The translations under genes and the position numbers were made by a program. The notes under the pieces were generated by a model that worked only from the letters and a program-made list of their open reading frames with translations, did not search any database and was not told the DNA's origin. A stretch of 64,000 bases of DNA from a virus (taxonomy: Duplodnaviria > Caudoviricetes), in the IMG/VR virus record IMGVR_UViG_3300001580_000013, positions 23,742 to 87,741 of that record. The stretch is one strand, 5' to 3'. Below are positions 20,648 to 29,827 of the stretch, piece by piece (position 1 is the first letter of the stretch; every line of letters starts with the position of its first letter).

Positions 20648-21294
20648 TCTCCCAATTTGTTGTTATAATACAACAATGTTGGTGCATCCTTCTTCACCTC
20701 TTCAGAAGGAATTTGAGCATTATATCGTTCCTTGTACAATTTATGAAAACTCTGAATATCAAAAGGACTTGTTATAATATGAAATCCGTTCAATGTAGGA
20801 ATAACATCCATTATTTTATTTTTAACATCAATGGGTTGAATTTCCACTAATATTTTATTCAAAGAATCTATCAATGCTTCTATGGGAATAATTCTTTCAG
20901 GATCATCAATATCAAATATCCATTTCTTATTTTTATCATTTGAGTAGCTGCCACATACCGAATCCCATGCGCCTTTGTTGCCTTCATAATTTTCAGTTTC
21001 AATATTTGTAGCAACGGCGGAAATAAGCTTCATAGAACATTTTTTGAATGATCTTTTATTCAACCAAAAATAAGCTCTCGCATTCGTAGCTTCACAAATT
21101 TCTTGTATCATTGGAATTTTTTTATCAAAATCCTCTAATGATTTGATGTAATAATTTTTAACCGGAATATTGTTGCAGTTCATATTCCAATTGGTAAAAT
21201 CTTTTTTTCGTTTTAAAAGAGTAACGAAATAGAAATCATCTTTAGAATCAAAACTCATAAACTTTTTTATTTTTTCACTATTATCTAATTTCAT
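20644..21294 (-). CDS. putative archaeo-eukaryotic primase (AEP)-fold protein
   Basis: WIFDIDD (motif I-like DxD) and TLNGFHIIT (motif II-like GxH). Confidence 0.5.
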   Translation of the reverse strand: MKLDNSEKIKKFMSFDSKDDFYFVTLLKRKKDFTNWNMNCNNIPVKNYYIKSLEDFDKKIPMIQEICEATNARAYFWLNKRSFKKCSMKLISAVATNIETENYEGNKGAWDSVCGSYSNDKNKKWIFDIDDPERIIPIEALIDSLNKILVEIQPIDVKNKIMDVIPTLNGFHIITSPFDIQSFHKLYKERYNAQIPSEEVKKDAPTLLYYNNKLGE

Positions 21295-21478
21295 TCTTTC
21301 ACTCTCAAAATTATATTTTCTATTTTAATGAAAACTACATTGTTATAAGAGGTATCTTTATCTATTAGAAATTCATTTGATAACGGACACAACAAATCAT
21401 TAATGTTATTTACTTTACATTTGCCATATAATTTTTTACAATCTTCACAATTAGTAATTGCTACTAATACTGCTTTTC

Positions 21479-21772
21479 TCATTTTATAAAATCCTCCAAT
21501 GAATAATCTCCAGACAAACACCATTCCAATGTATGAACTTCCTCTTCTATTTTCTTTAATTTTTTAACCAATGATTTTGCCTTTTTCACAAATTTTTCTC
21601 TTTGCTCAGGAGTTAAATATGATAACTGATCAACTATCTGTTTATCTTTAGCCCAACCATCATTTTTCCAAACTTCTTCTTCATATTTGAAATCGCTTTT
21701 GATATGTGATTCAATATCATCTATACCATATTGAAGTTTGTGTGTAAAATAATCCAATGCTCCCCCAGACAT
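21479..21772 (-). CDS. conserved-type phage hypothetical protein (MSGG...Y N-terminus)
   Basis: MSGGALDY start and EWCLSGDY end resemble a recurrent phage hypothetical family. Confidence 0.55.
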   Translation of the reverse strand: MSGGALDYFTHKLQYGIDDIESHIKSDFKYEEEVWKNDGWAKDKQIVDQLSYLTPEQREKFVKKAKSLVKKLKKIEEEVHTLEWCLSGDYSLEDFIK

Positions 21773-21781
21773 TTAATCCTC

Positions 21782-22846
21782 CTAATATATTTTAAATTCA
21801 AAATTGCGGCATGATAATATGCAAGCTTTTTCTTTTAGTAAATTTTTTTCTAAATCTCGTTTCATAGTCCATGTAGATTTAACTTCTACTATTTTATTTT
21901 CTTTTGGAATATAGAAATCTGGAAAATATTTATGTTTCTTCCCATCTTTAGTATAATACCATATCTTTCCAATTATATCTTGAGTTGGATGAACAATTAT
22001 ATCTTCCTCTGATCCCTTATTATAGAAATATTCATCGAGATATATTCCTTCGTATCCTTGAATTTTAACTACCTTTCCAGATGGCATGATATAATCTTTC
22101 CATTTAAACGCTGATCTGGAACACTTATCAAATATTCCTTGATCTTGCATAGGGTTTTCTACCCCGTACTTCTCGATACATGTATTTTTAATTTTTTCTT
22201 TCATTTCATCATTTTGAAGGTGACACCGTGTACCGAAATTATCCATACATGTTTTTTTTGATTTTTCCTTATTTACTTCCGCTTGTAGGGGATTATCTGT
22301 TCCATAATGTTCTCTACAGGTATTTGTTTTCTTTTCTTTTATTTCTGCACTTTGAGAAACATTATCAACACCATATTTTTCGCGAATAGTCTGTTGTTGT
22401 TTTTTATATATATCTTTATTTTGTAAAGGATTTTCAAAACCGTATCTCTTTAAATTTGTTTGTTTAACTTTTTCTCGCATTTCGTTGGATTGAGAAGAAA
22501 ATTCTACACCATATTTATCCATACAAGTTTTTTTACTTTTTTCTCGCATTTCTTTGCTTTGCATAATATTTTCTACACCATATTTTTGCAAATTTGTTTC
22601 TTGCCGTGCTTTTACCTGACAGTCAACACTACCGCACGATTGACTATACCCATGTGCGATATCAATAAACATTTTATCGTTTGAACAATATTTGCATTTT
22701 TTATCTGATACATTTTGTAAAATATAAGTGTCATAATATTGCTGTTTCGTTATTTCCGGATGAGAATGAACAATATGATATGAAAAAGAAAAATTATTTT
22801 TACATTCTTTTCCACATATTTTACATATTATTTTATCTTGAACCAT
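21782..22846 (-). CDS. putative homing endonuclease: Zn-finger + 23-aa KYGV repeats + PD-(D/E)xK nuclease
   Basis: CKICG...H...H zinc finger, seven KYGVEN..Q repeats, C-terminal YFPDFYIPKENKIVEVKS. Confidence 0.75.
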   Translation of the reverse strand: MVQDKIICKICGKECKNNFSFSYHIVHSHPEITKQQYYDTYILQNVSDKKCKYCSNDKMFIDIAHGYSQSCGSVDCQVKARQETNLQKYGVENIMQSKEMREKSKKTCMDKYGVEFSSQSNEMREKVKQTNLKRYGFENPLQNKDIYKKQQQTIREKYGVDNVSQSAEIKEKKTNTCREHYGTDNPLQAEVNKEKSKKTCMDNFGTRCHLQNDEMKEKIKNTCIEKYGVENPMQDQGIFDKCSRSAFKWKDYIMPSGKVVKIQGYEGIYLDEYFYNKGSEEDIIVHPTQDIIGKIWYYTKDGKKHKYFPDFYIPKENKIVEVKSTWTMKRDLEKNLLKEKACILSCRNFEFKIY

Positions 22847-23525
22847 GCATTCTCTCTATTATTGTGTTATATAGATTTATGTGTTTTGATCTATCTTTTG
22901 GACTTAATTTTTTAAATATTTTTGTAAATTCATCAAGTTCTTGTTCAGTCAAAAGTTTCTCTTTTATGACTGTATTTGCAGATTCATTTGTCATGTGATA
23001 TACGATTGCATCAGGCGCACTCTGATCAAAAACTATATCAATTTCTGCTAAACTTAGATCGTTATCAACTTTTTTATCTTTTTTAACTGTTCCTGTTGCT
23101 CTTGAACTGACCCCCCAAGAAAATCCCGCCTCAAACATTTCTTTAACCAACAGACCAAGACCATAATTAACTATAACGGATTCGCCCATTATGTTTGTTC
23201 CGTCTGGCCACAATTTCTTAATTCTTGCCGCCGTTCTTTCGGGATTCAATATTAACTCATCTGGATGGTTTAATTCCATGCCTGCTTTATTTTTATCTAC
23301 TACTTCTCTGATATATCTTTGAGTTTCTGGAAGAAGAACATCATAAAATGGATAAATTCTTCCATTTCTGTTCTCAACGTCACCCTGCATATAAATTCCC
23401 GAAAAATTATAATCATTCTTCCCTGTACTTTCGTTCAAAACTTTTTTAACTATACAATTTGAATTACTATTTTCAATCAGTATTCCCTTTCCGGCGGTAT
23501 GTGGTTTTAATATTCCTAAATTCAT
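22833..23525 (-). CDS. gp21: prohead core protease (T4 gp21-like)
   Basis: GIYMQGDVENRNGRIYP, MELNHP, GVSSRATG, IDIVFDQSAPDA; TATAAATA at 23544-23551 upstream. Confidence 0.9.
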   Translation of the reverse strand: MNLGILKPHTAGKGILIENSNSNCIVKKVLNESTGKNDYNFSGIYMQGDVENRNGRIYPFYDVLLPETQRYIREVVDKNKAGMELNHPDELILNPERTAARIKKLWPDGTNIMGESVIVNYGLGLLVKEMFEAGFSWGVSSRATGTVKKDKKVDNDLSLAEIDIVFDQSAPDAIVYHMTNESANTVIKEKLLTEQELDEFTKIFKKLSPKDRSKHINLYNTIIERMHGSR

Positions 23526-23555
23526 AATTTAACCTTTTCTTATTATTTATAAAAT

Positions 23556-24614
23556 TTACGAAAGATTTGCACCAGTATGACCTTTATCAGTTAAGAAAAA
23601 TGCGTATGGGTCATTTCCAGTTGTTTTAGAACCAAGTCCTGCTACATATTTTGTTATTGTAGTTGTTCCAACTGCTATTATATATATATTATAACCCCCT
23701 ATAACATCATAAGTTGAGAAGAAAATATCTCCTTCCAAATTAGTGTGCAAATTATAACAGTAATATAATGGTGTGGTCAAATCTTCTTTTGTTAGTGGTA
23801 TGACTGTTATTACTGGTGTAGTCTCAATTGAAGTCATTTTGTATAATATATTTTGAGTAGTTCCATTTTGTTGATTAGATAATGCCCACAAGGTGTCATC
23901 TTTATCACAAATTAAATCTATTACATATCCTATATTTTCGGATATTACCATATTAGTATTAGCAACTATTATATTATTATAAACATATCGTGACATTCTG
24001 GTTGTTGGCGCACCTCCACATAAACCATATCCATTACCAATTTGATTTACAGCAGTATAAATAATCCTATTATTACCATCAAACCCATAATTAACAACAT
24101 TTTGAGTATCAGCATTTATTACACTACCATTTGTGGTCGAACTTGCCGCATTTCTCCCTACCCACAAATTATTAAATTTATCAATTCTAAAATAATATGA
24201 TGCTATCTGATTAGAAGCTACATAAAAATTACTTGCAGATAAGGTGAATGAAGATACATTTATTTTGTATATTTTTGCGTTTGTTGCTGTTGTGAGTGTA
24301 TTTATCATAATATATAAATTTCTTCCACCAACATCTAAACCATTATCTAAAGCTAAACCCTGAACTTCATAATCGGCAGGAGATAATCCCAAAGCAGTAT
24401 TTACATTTATCTCGGTTCTGTTTCCGTCCACATCAATCTTTCCAATCAACGCGCCATAAGAATAATAAGTATTTCCATCTGTGTCGCAAACATTTCTCAT
24501 TTCATAATAATTAACACGAGGAATACCACCAGTTGGGTCATTTATTGGGATTTGTTGTAAAACCTCTACATTTCCTTCTGGGTCTGTTCCAAGCTGTGTC
24601 ATATAATATTTCAT
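23556..24614 (-). CDS. probable virion protein, beta-propeller-like
   Basis: 352 aa rich in N/T/G/Y, with repeated blade-like motifs (IDKFNNLWV, CDKDDTLW, NLEGDIF); lies in the late region. Confidence 0.5.
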   Translation of the reverse strand: MKYYMTQLGTDPEGNVEVLQQIPINDPTGGIPRVNYYEMRNVCDTDGNTYYSYGALIGKIDVDGNRTEINVNTALGLSPADYEVQGLALDNGLDVGGRNLYIMINTLTTATNAKIYKINVSSFTLSASNFYVASNQIASYYFRIDKFNNLWVGRNAASSTTNGSVINADTQNVVNYGFDGNNRIIYTAVNQIGNGYGLCGGAPTTRMSRYVYNNIIVANTNMVISENIGYVIDLICDKDDTLWALSNQQNGTTQNILYKMTSIETTPVITVIPLTKEDLTTPLYYCYNLHTNLEGDIFFSTYDVIGGYNIYIIAVGTTTITKYVAGLGSKTTGNDPYAFFLTDKGHTGANLS

Positions 24615-24628
24615 ATCTTAAATCTCCT

Positions 24629-25150
24629 TTATTCTGGTATTCCGGGGTCATCCGTTCCATTAGTTAATAATATCCAACCTCTATCCAATCCTGTAAATGT
24701 ATTCTCTTCATAATTTTTGTTTGTGAGAATCCAGCATTCATTATCGTATGGAACATTTGAACCATAATAGAAATTTGTTAAAATCCAAGGATTGATTTCA
24801 CTTCCCACTAAGCTAAAATAATCACTAAATCCAAATACTTCCGAATAATTCACCACACTTATTTTTATTTGATAATTACCACCCATAAGAGTTTTAAAAA
24901 TTGTAGAATAAATTCCATTATTTGGTGTACTTTCGGCTATTGTAGAATAATAAACCCCGTCTTTATATAATTCAATCTTCACATTTGGAAAATAAAAATT
25001 ATTAAAATATCCGCTGTTCCAAAGGATTATAACTGTGTATGGTTGTTCAAAACTTCCACTGTTTGGAGAAATAACATGAATATATGGAGATTTTGACTTA
25101 TATAATCTCGCATTTAATCGGTTAGATATTTCGTGTGTTAAATCCGTCAT
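24629..25150 (-). CDS. Ig-like (Kre9/GPI-anchored-type) domain virion protein
   Basis: VISPNSG...I.W...NVKIELYKDG...I....PNNG.Y...NYQIKI pattern; TATAAATA at 25156-25163. Confidence 0.55.
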   Translation of the reverse strand: MTDLTHEISNRLNARLYKSKSPYIHVISPNSGSFEQPYTVIILWNSGYFNNFYFPNVKIELYKDGVYYSTIAESTPNNGIYSTIFKTLMGGNYQIKISVVNYSEVFGFSDYFSLVGSEINPWILTNFYYGSNVPYDNECWILTNKNYEENTFTGLDRGWILLTNGTDDPGIPE

Positions 25151-25180
25151 ACTTTTATTTATATTTTTACTTAAATAAAA

Positions 25181-25201
25181 AATCCCGAATTATACGGGAT
25201 T
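25181..25201. terminator. rho-independent terminator
   Basis: AATCCCG-AATTATA-CGGGATT hairpin flanked by A/T tracts, downstream of the 25221-26126 gene. Confidence 0.7.
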
Positions 25202-25220
25202 TAAAATAAAAATTTTATTC

Positions 25221-26126
25221 CTAATTAACATCAACTTCTATATTCTTTTTAATTTTCTTCTCGATTCTCCTGAGTTCATCTAATCCATCCATTGATTTGA
25301 TTGGTATTGGTTCTTTATTATTTGTCGTGCTCCACGCAGTTAAAATATCACTGGCGGTATCTTGCATAAACAAAATTGAAAGATTAAAAAACCTGTTCAC
25401 TTTATCATTAATGCTTCCACCGATCATGCTACGAACTTTTTCTATATATTCATCTAATCTTTTTTGTTTGAGTTCCATATATTTGTTACACACATCAACT
25501 GAAAATTCTGTTTGACATTTTGCATTCATTTTGAAACAATGGTTTTTTAAATTTTCTACCGCCAAATTTAAATCTTCGCTACTGTTAAAAATATAGGTCA
25601 TACTATCCATAACCCAATCACCAAACTCTCCGCATTGCTCCACAATGAAACAACGAAGTTTTTCATTTGAGAAAAATGGCAAAACATCACCAATTTTTAA
25701 TCTGATAACTCCTCGATATTGTTTATTTCTTGCTTCTGAATCCTCTCCTTTCTTGAACAAGGCATATAGATCATCCAAACCTGTTTTTATTTCTGCAAAA
25801 TTTTTATTTGTTATATCAAAATGTTTAGTGTGTTCTTTTAAAATTTCTTTGATATCATTATGTTCTCTTATATTTTTTGATTCATATGTTCTTAGTTCAT
25901 CTATAACAATTCTATCAAGTGTCACAATTGAATTTTTTTCATCTTGTTTGTCAGCATCATCTACAATTTTTTTCTCGCTGAATACTTTTTCGAGTGCTGC
26001 TGTTACAATTTTTGAAGATTGCTTTTCTGCATCTCTTTCTCTTTTTTTGTTACCAGAAAAGTAAAAATAAGCAATTATTCCTAGTATTCCGGCTTCCACA
26101 AAGTACTTCCACATCACCAAATCCAT
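25221..26126 (-). CDS. N-terminally membrane-anchored helical protein (lysis-cluster candidate)
   Basis: Single TM (FVEAGILGIIAYFYFSG) followed by a soluble helical domain; TATAAATA at 26147-26154. Confidence 0.6.
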   Translation of the reverse strand: MDLVMWKYFVEAGILGIIAYFYFSGNKKRERDAEKQSSKIVTAALEKVFSEKKIVDDADKQDEKNSIVTLDRIVIDELRTYESKNIREHNDIKEILKEHTKHFDITNKNFAEIKTGLDDLYALFKKGEDSEARNKQYRGVIRLKIGDVLPFFSNEKLRCFIVEQCGEFGDWVMDSMTYIFNSSEDLNLAVENLKNHCFKMNAKCQTEFSVDVCNKYMELKQKRLDEYIEKVRSMIGGSINDKVNRFFNLSILFMQDTASDILTAWSTTNNKEPIPIKSMDGLDELRRIEKKIKKNIEVDVN

Positions 26127-26173
26127 TTTATAACCTTTTTTTCTTTTATTTATAACTTTTCTTTTTTATTTTT

Positions 26174-26443
26174 CTATTTTATTTCATCTACTTTTGCATT
26201 CTCTTCTGCCATTGGAAGTTTTTTAAACGCATTGTACGTGAGTGTGAGCATCCACGCAGCCATGAGTCCATCCGGAACTGTAAAATATTCTTTTATTATA
26301 TCAGCATATTCTACTCCACCGATCCACAAAAATATAAACTTCCCCACCCAAAAATAAATTAAAATGACAAGAAGAATCCAAAATGAAATTCTTCCCATAG
26401 AAATGTCTTTATTATTTTCTGAAATCAAACTCTTATAATTCAT
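26174..26443 (-). CDS. holin-like two-TM protein
   Basis: ISMGRISFWILLVILIYFW and GLMAAWMLTLTY helices with a charged C-terminus; ATG at 26443, 4 nt past the TnpB copy 2 end. Confidence 0.55.
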   Translation of the reverse strand: MNYKSLISENNKDISMGRISFWILLVILIYFWVGKFIFLWIGGVEYADIIKEYFTVPDGLMAAWMLTLTYNAFKKLPMAEENAKVDEIK

Positions 26444-26506
26444 AGTCACAGTCAGCTAACCTTTGAATTAGCTTTATTTTCAGTAGAGGAACTATAAATG
26501 CCTCTA
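26428..26506 (-). ncRNA. predicted TnpB omegaRNA 3-prime scaffold plus guide (copy 2)
   Basis: Same two hairpins and GACTGT end (26448-26453); flank GACTATGAATTATAAGAGTT. Confidence 0.7.
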
Positions 26507-27660
26507 TGTAAAATGTTTATAGATGCATTGAAATCAGCATCCACAGTCCTTCCACAACTCAAACATAAAAACTTTTCTAACTTCCTATTGTCTTTGTGTT
26601 TGTGCCCACATTTGCTACATGTTTGACTTGTATAGGCTGGATCAACTTTTATAAAGTTTATTCCATTCTCTTCACAAATCATAGATAGTTTATTCAAAAC
26701 CTTTGGATAACTCCATCTCTGTAGCTTGTTGTTAAATTTCTTTGAAAACTTTGATTTTGATTTTACATTCTTTAAATCTTCTACCACTATAATTTGTATA
26801 TTTTCTGTTTCTATTTTATTGATAGATTGATTTATTAAATTATCTCTCTCAGTTAATGCTTGCTTAAAATTTTTGCTTCCTTGTTTCTTTCTTGATAGTT
26901 TTTGATATATTTTCTCCATACCCAAATCATATATTTTATTATCTGAACTTATTAATAATTTCTTATAACCGCAATCTAAACCAATTGATTTACCGCTCAA
27001 TTTCCTCACAAGTTCTTCTTTCTCCCACAGCAAATCAAAGTAAAAATTATTGTTAACTTTGTTCAACGATATAGAATTTTTTAATTTCCAACCAGATGTT
27101 CTAAATTTATTTGAATGAGAATGATATTTGATGGGGATGTTAATTGTTTGATAGTGATAATTGTCTTTAGTGTGATATGGTGTAGTTAATCTAATAAATG
27201 AATCAAAGGATTTAGAATCTGTGGTGAAGTTAAACAATCTTTCGGGTAATATTATGGTTACATTATTTAATTTTGGTTTGGTGAAATATTTTGTTTGTTG
27301 AATTGGATTTAATTTTAATTCCGAGAATTTCTTAGATGTAAATTTATTATGTCTATTCTGTTCTTTCATTTTAGCATAAATTCTTCCATAAGCTTTAAAT
27401 CTTCTATTAGAAGCTTTCTTATACTGACTCCTTATAATTTCAGAAGCTTGTCCGTAACACAACTGTCTCCAACGAGAGTCTGTAATAAAATCTGAAGATA
27501 ATAATTTAGATGTCATATTCTTTTTTAATTCAAGTTTATCGGATACAATTTGATCAATATAAACTTCAATTTGTTTCTTGCAATCAGAATAAATTTGTTC
27601 AAGCATATCTAATTTATTTTTGTTCGCGAATTTTAGTATGTGTTTACTTCTTCTTATCAT
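26452..27660 (-). CDS. tnpB: RNA-guided endonuclease TnpB, copy 2
   Basis: MIRRSKHILKF start at 27660 (aligns with the other copies); RuvC D/E/D and zinc finger intact; TATAAATA at 27666-27673. Confidence 0.93.
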   Translation of the reverse strand: MIRRSKHILKFANKNKLDMLEQIYSDCKKQIEVYIDQIVSDKLELKKNMTSKLLSSDFITDSRWRQLCYGQASEIIRSQYKKASNRRFKAYGRIYAKMKEQNRHNKFTSKKFSELKLNPIQQTKYFTKPKLNNVTIILPERLFNFTTDSKSFDSFIRLTTPYHTKDNYHYQTINIPIKYHSHSNKFRTSGWKLKNSISLNKVNNNFYFDLLWEKEELVRKLSGKSIGLDCGYKKLLISSDNKIYDLGMEKIYQKLSRKKQGSKNFKQALTERDNLINQSINKIETENIQIIVVEDLKNVKSKSKFSKKFNNKLQRWSYPKVLNKLSMICEENGINFIKVDPAYTSQTCSKCGHKHKDNRKLEKFLCLSCGRTVDADFNASINILHRGIYSSSTENKANSKVS

Positions 27661-27679
27661 ATTTTTATTTATAAAATTT

Positions 27680-27967
27680 TTATATATGTGTATAAAATGA
27701 TGTAATCCCATCGAACCATATCACCAATTTATACTTACAACCATTTCTTTTGTATTTTACATATTCAGCTATCTTGACACTATTATTTATAATATTTCCA
27801 ATTTCAAAATCAGAAAATTCAGAATCAACCAAAAATCCTTCTTTTTTATCTGCATATTCTATATCAATTCTTGTTATGTTTTCTAAAGAAAGTTTTACTC
27901 CCTTATCATACTTGTCAGAAGAAAGATCGTGTTGGAATGTTCGTGTATTTGTTTTTATTTTAATCAT
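27680..27967 (-). CDS. hypothetical protein (95 aa)
   Basis: ORF with ATGA coupling to the upstream small ORF. Confidence 0.6.
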   Translation of the reverse strand: MIKIKTNTRTFQHDLSSDKYDKGVKLSLENITRIDIEYADKKEGFLVDSEFSDFEIGNIINNSVKIAEYVKYKRNGCKYKLVIWFDGITSFYTHI

Positions 27968-28113
27968 ATTATTATTTCATTTTTTCTATATTCTATTTTC
28001 TTTTCTGGTTCTTTCTTAAAAATTCTCATAGTACCAATAACAATGGAACCAATCCAAATTAGTAAGATGAAGGTTATTAGTACTCCTCGATATTCTGTAA
28101 TTAAGTTTTCCAT
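27964..28113 (-). CDS. 49-aa single-TM protein (not in the ORF track)
   Basis: Manual translation MENLITEYRGVLITFILLIWIGSIVIGTMRIFKKEPEKKIEYRKNEIII*; TATAAATA at 28119-28126 ends 5 nt before the ATG; ATGA overlap with the next gene. Confidence 0.6.
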   Translation of the reverse strand: MENLITEYRGVLITFILLIWIGSIVIGTMRIFKKEPEKKIEYRKNEIII

Positions 28114-28121
28114 AATCTTAT

Positions 28122-28673
28122 TTATAAATTAACTCCAACGAAATATAATAAAGGTAAAATTAAACTGTAATCATAAAACCTATCGCTGTAGGGATATGGT
28201 TTTCCAAACATCCAATAAGTAGTCATTGTTAACCTATGTTTAAAGCTGTTGAACATTGTATAATTCATAACTCTTTTGTAAATCCAATTTCCGATTAGCC
28301 ACCAAGCCGATAATAAAAAGAAATCCATTCCACCAATTAAAAACATAATAAACGGAATAGAAAATTCTAATCCCCGAAATGTGTGATAATCTATAATTAT
28401 ATTTTTAATTATTAAATTTGATTTATCATAAATTTTTCTATTTATCCATATATATACAGCAAACATAATGGTATAGAGCGATTGTACGATGAGTGAATAT
28501 TGTAAGGTGATAAACGCAATCGACAATACAAAAAAATTGACTATATTAAACCACGAATTTTTTGATAATTTCCAGAATATAATATTCTCTTTTTTCCACT
28601 GCAAACCTTCACGAACTCCTGATGAGAAAAAGATTAATAATACTAATAGTGAATATATATAATTTTGATTCAT
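28122..28673 (-). CDS. polytopic membrane protein
   Basis: 183 aa with several hydrophobic segments. Confidence 0.6.
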   Translation of the reverse strand: MNQNYIYSLLVLLIFFSSGVREGLQWKKENIIFWKLSKNSWFNIVNFFVLSIAFITLQYSLIVQSLYTIMFAVYIWINRKIYDKSNLIIKNIIIDYHTFRGLEFSIPFIMFLIGGMDFFLLSAWWLIGNWIYKRVMNYTMFNSFKHRLTMTTYWMFGKPYPYSDRFYDYSLILPLLYFVGVNL

Positions 28674-29773
28674 TGTATCTCCTTTATTTTAATTCCGGGT
28701 TCCCAACCATCATTTAAATATTTCTCAAGTTCTGATTCATGTATTTGTGTTCTTTTTTGTAATTTATCGTTATGAACCCATTTAAACCCTTTGGTGGTTC
28801 CCACTAATTCTCCAGTTTTTAATCTTGGGTCATTTTCATCAACTTGTATATATTTTCTTGATATAGTATCAAACATATTCTTTTTCTTTGCCATTACACC
28901 AACTAATTCACCACTTATCCATCTTGGGTCATTTTTATCTACTTGAAATATATTTCCATCTTTGTCTTTTGATTGAATTTTTCCTTTACAGATGTGTACC
29001 AGTTCTCCATTAGATATTCTCGGGTCATCTTTATCTACTTGAATGGTGTTGCCTTCTTTATCTTTAACAACCGCCTTGCCTTTAAAACAACTAACCAACT
29101 CACCACTCAACCATCTCTCGTCTGTTTTATCAATTTGAAAGGTGTTGCCATCTTTATCCTTGACAGTTACTTTTCCCGTGGTCATGTGAACCAATTCCCC
29201 ACTCGTATATCTGTTATCAGTTGTAGAAATTGAAAGAAATTTACCATTCTCATCTTTTACAATAACTTTTTCTTTCGTTATAGATTCTAATTCTCCATCG
29301 GCTATTCTTGGGTCGTCTTTATCAACTTGAAAAGTATTTCCGTCTTTATCTCTGACAGCACCCATTCCTTTAAAACAACTAACCAACTCACCACTCAAAT
29401 ATCGTTCATCGTGTATTGAAACTTGTGAAGTGTTACCATCTTTGTCTTTTACACTAACCATTCCAATATTCTTATATCCAATATCTCCATTCCCACCAAG
29501 AGTCATATTATAAGTGTCATCTCTCCTAAGTAAATCTCTATTAATGAGTTCTTTTTCTTTTAATATCATTTCTTCTTGTGTATCAAACACAAATAATATT
29601 TCTTTTTTAAAATTTTCTTTTCCATATTTTTTAATTGCTCGTTTAATACCGATACCACTACCCAAATATTTATCATCGACATTCTTTGTTTTGTGCATAC
29701 CGATATAAAATTTACCATTAATAATATTAGTTATTTTATATATCGTGTAAAATATTTTCTTTTCTTCGTTCAT
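28670..29773 (-). CDS. GIY-YIG homing endonuclease (Seg-like) with seven 32-aa C-terminal repeats
   Basis: YTIYKITNIINGKFYIGMHKT...YLGSG...YN motif; repeats V.VKDKDGN..QV...D.R..SGELV; TATAAATA at 29779-29786. Confidence 0.88.
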   Translation of the reverse strand: MNEEKKIFYTIYKITNIINGKFYIGMHKTKNVDDKYLGSGIGIKRAIKKYGKENFKKEILFVFDTQEEMILKEKELINRDLLRRDDTYNMTLGGNGDIGYKNIGMVSVKDKDGNTSQVSIHDERYLSGELVSCFKGMGAVRDKDGNTFQVDKDDPRIADGELESITKEKVIVKDENGKFLSISTTDNRYTSGELVHMTTGKVTVKDKDGNTFQIDKTDERWLSGELVSCFKGKAVVKDKEGNTIQVDKDDPRISNGELVHICKGKIQSKDKDGNIFQVDKNDPRWISGELVGVMAKKKNMFDTISRKYIQVDENDPRLKTGELVGTTKGFKWVHNDKLQKRTQIHESELEKYLNDGWEPGIKIKEIQ

Positions 29774-29827
29774 ATAATTATTTATAAGAATATTGCTAAG
29801 ATTGTTATAACCATTTGTTACTCCTTT

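Noticed and set aside
27695-27725. GGTTCGA T-loop-like sequence (tRNA?)
   Set aside because: It lies inside the 27680-27967 ORF (IWFDG) with no cloverleaf around it.
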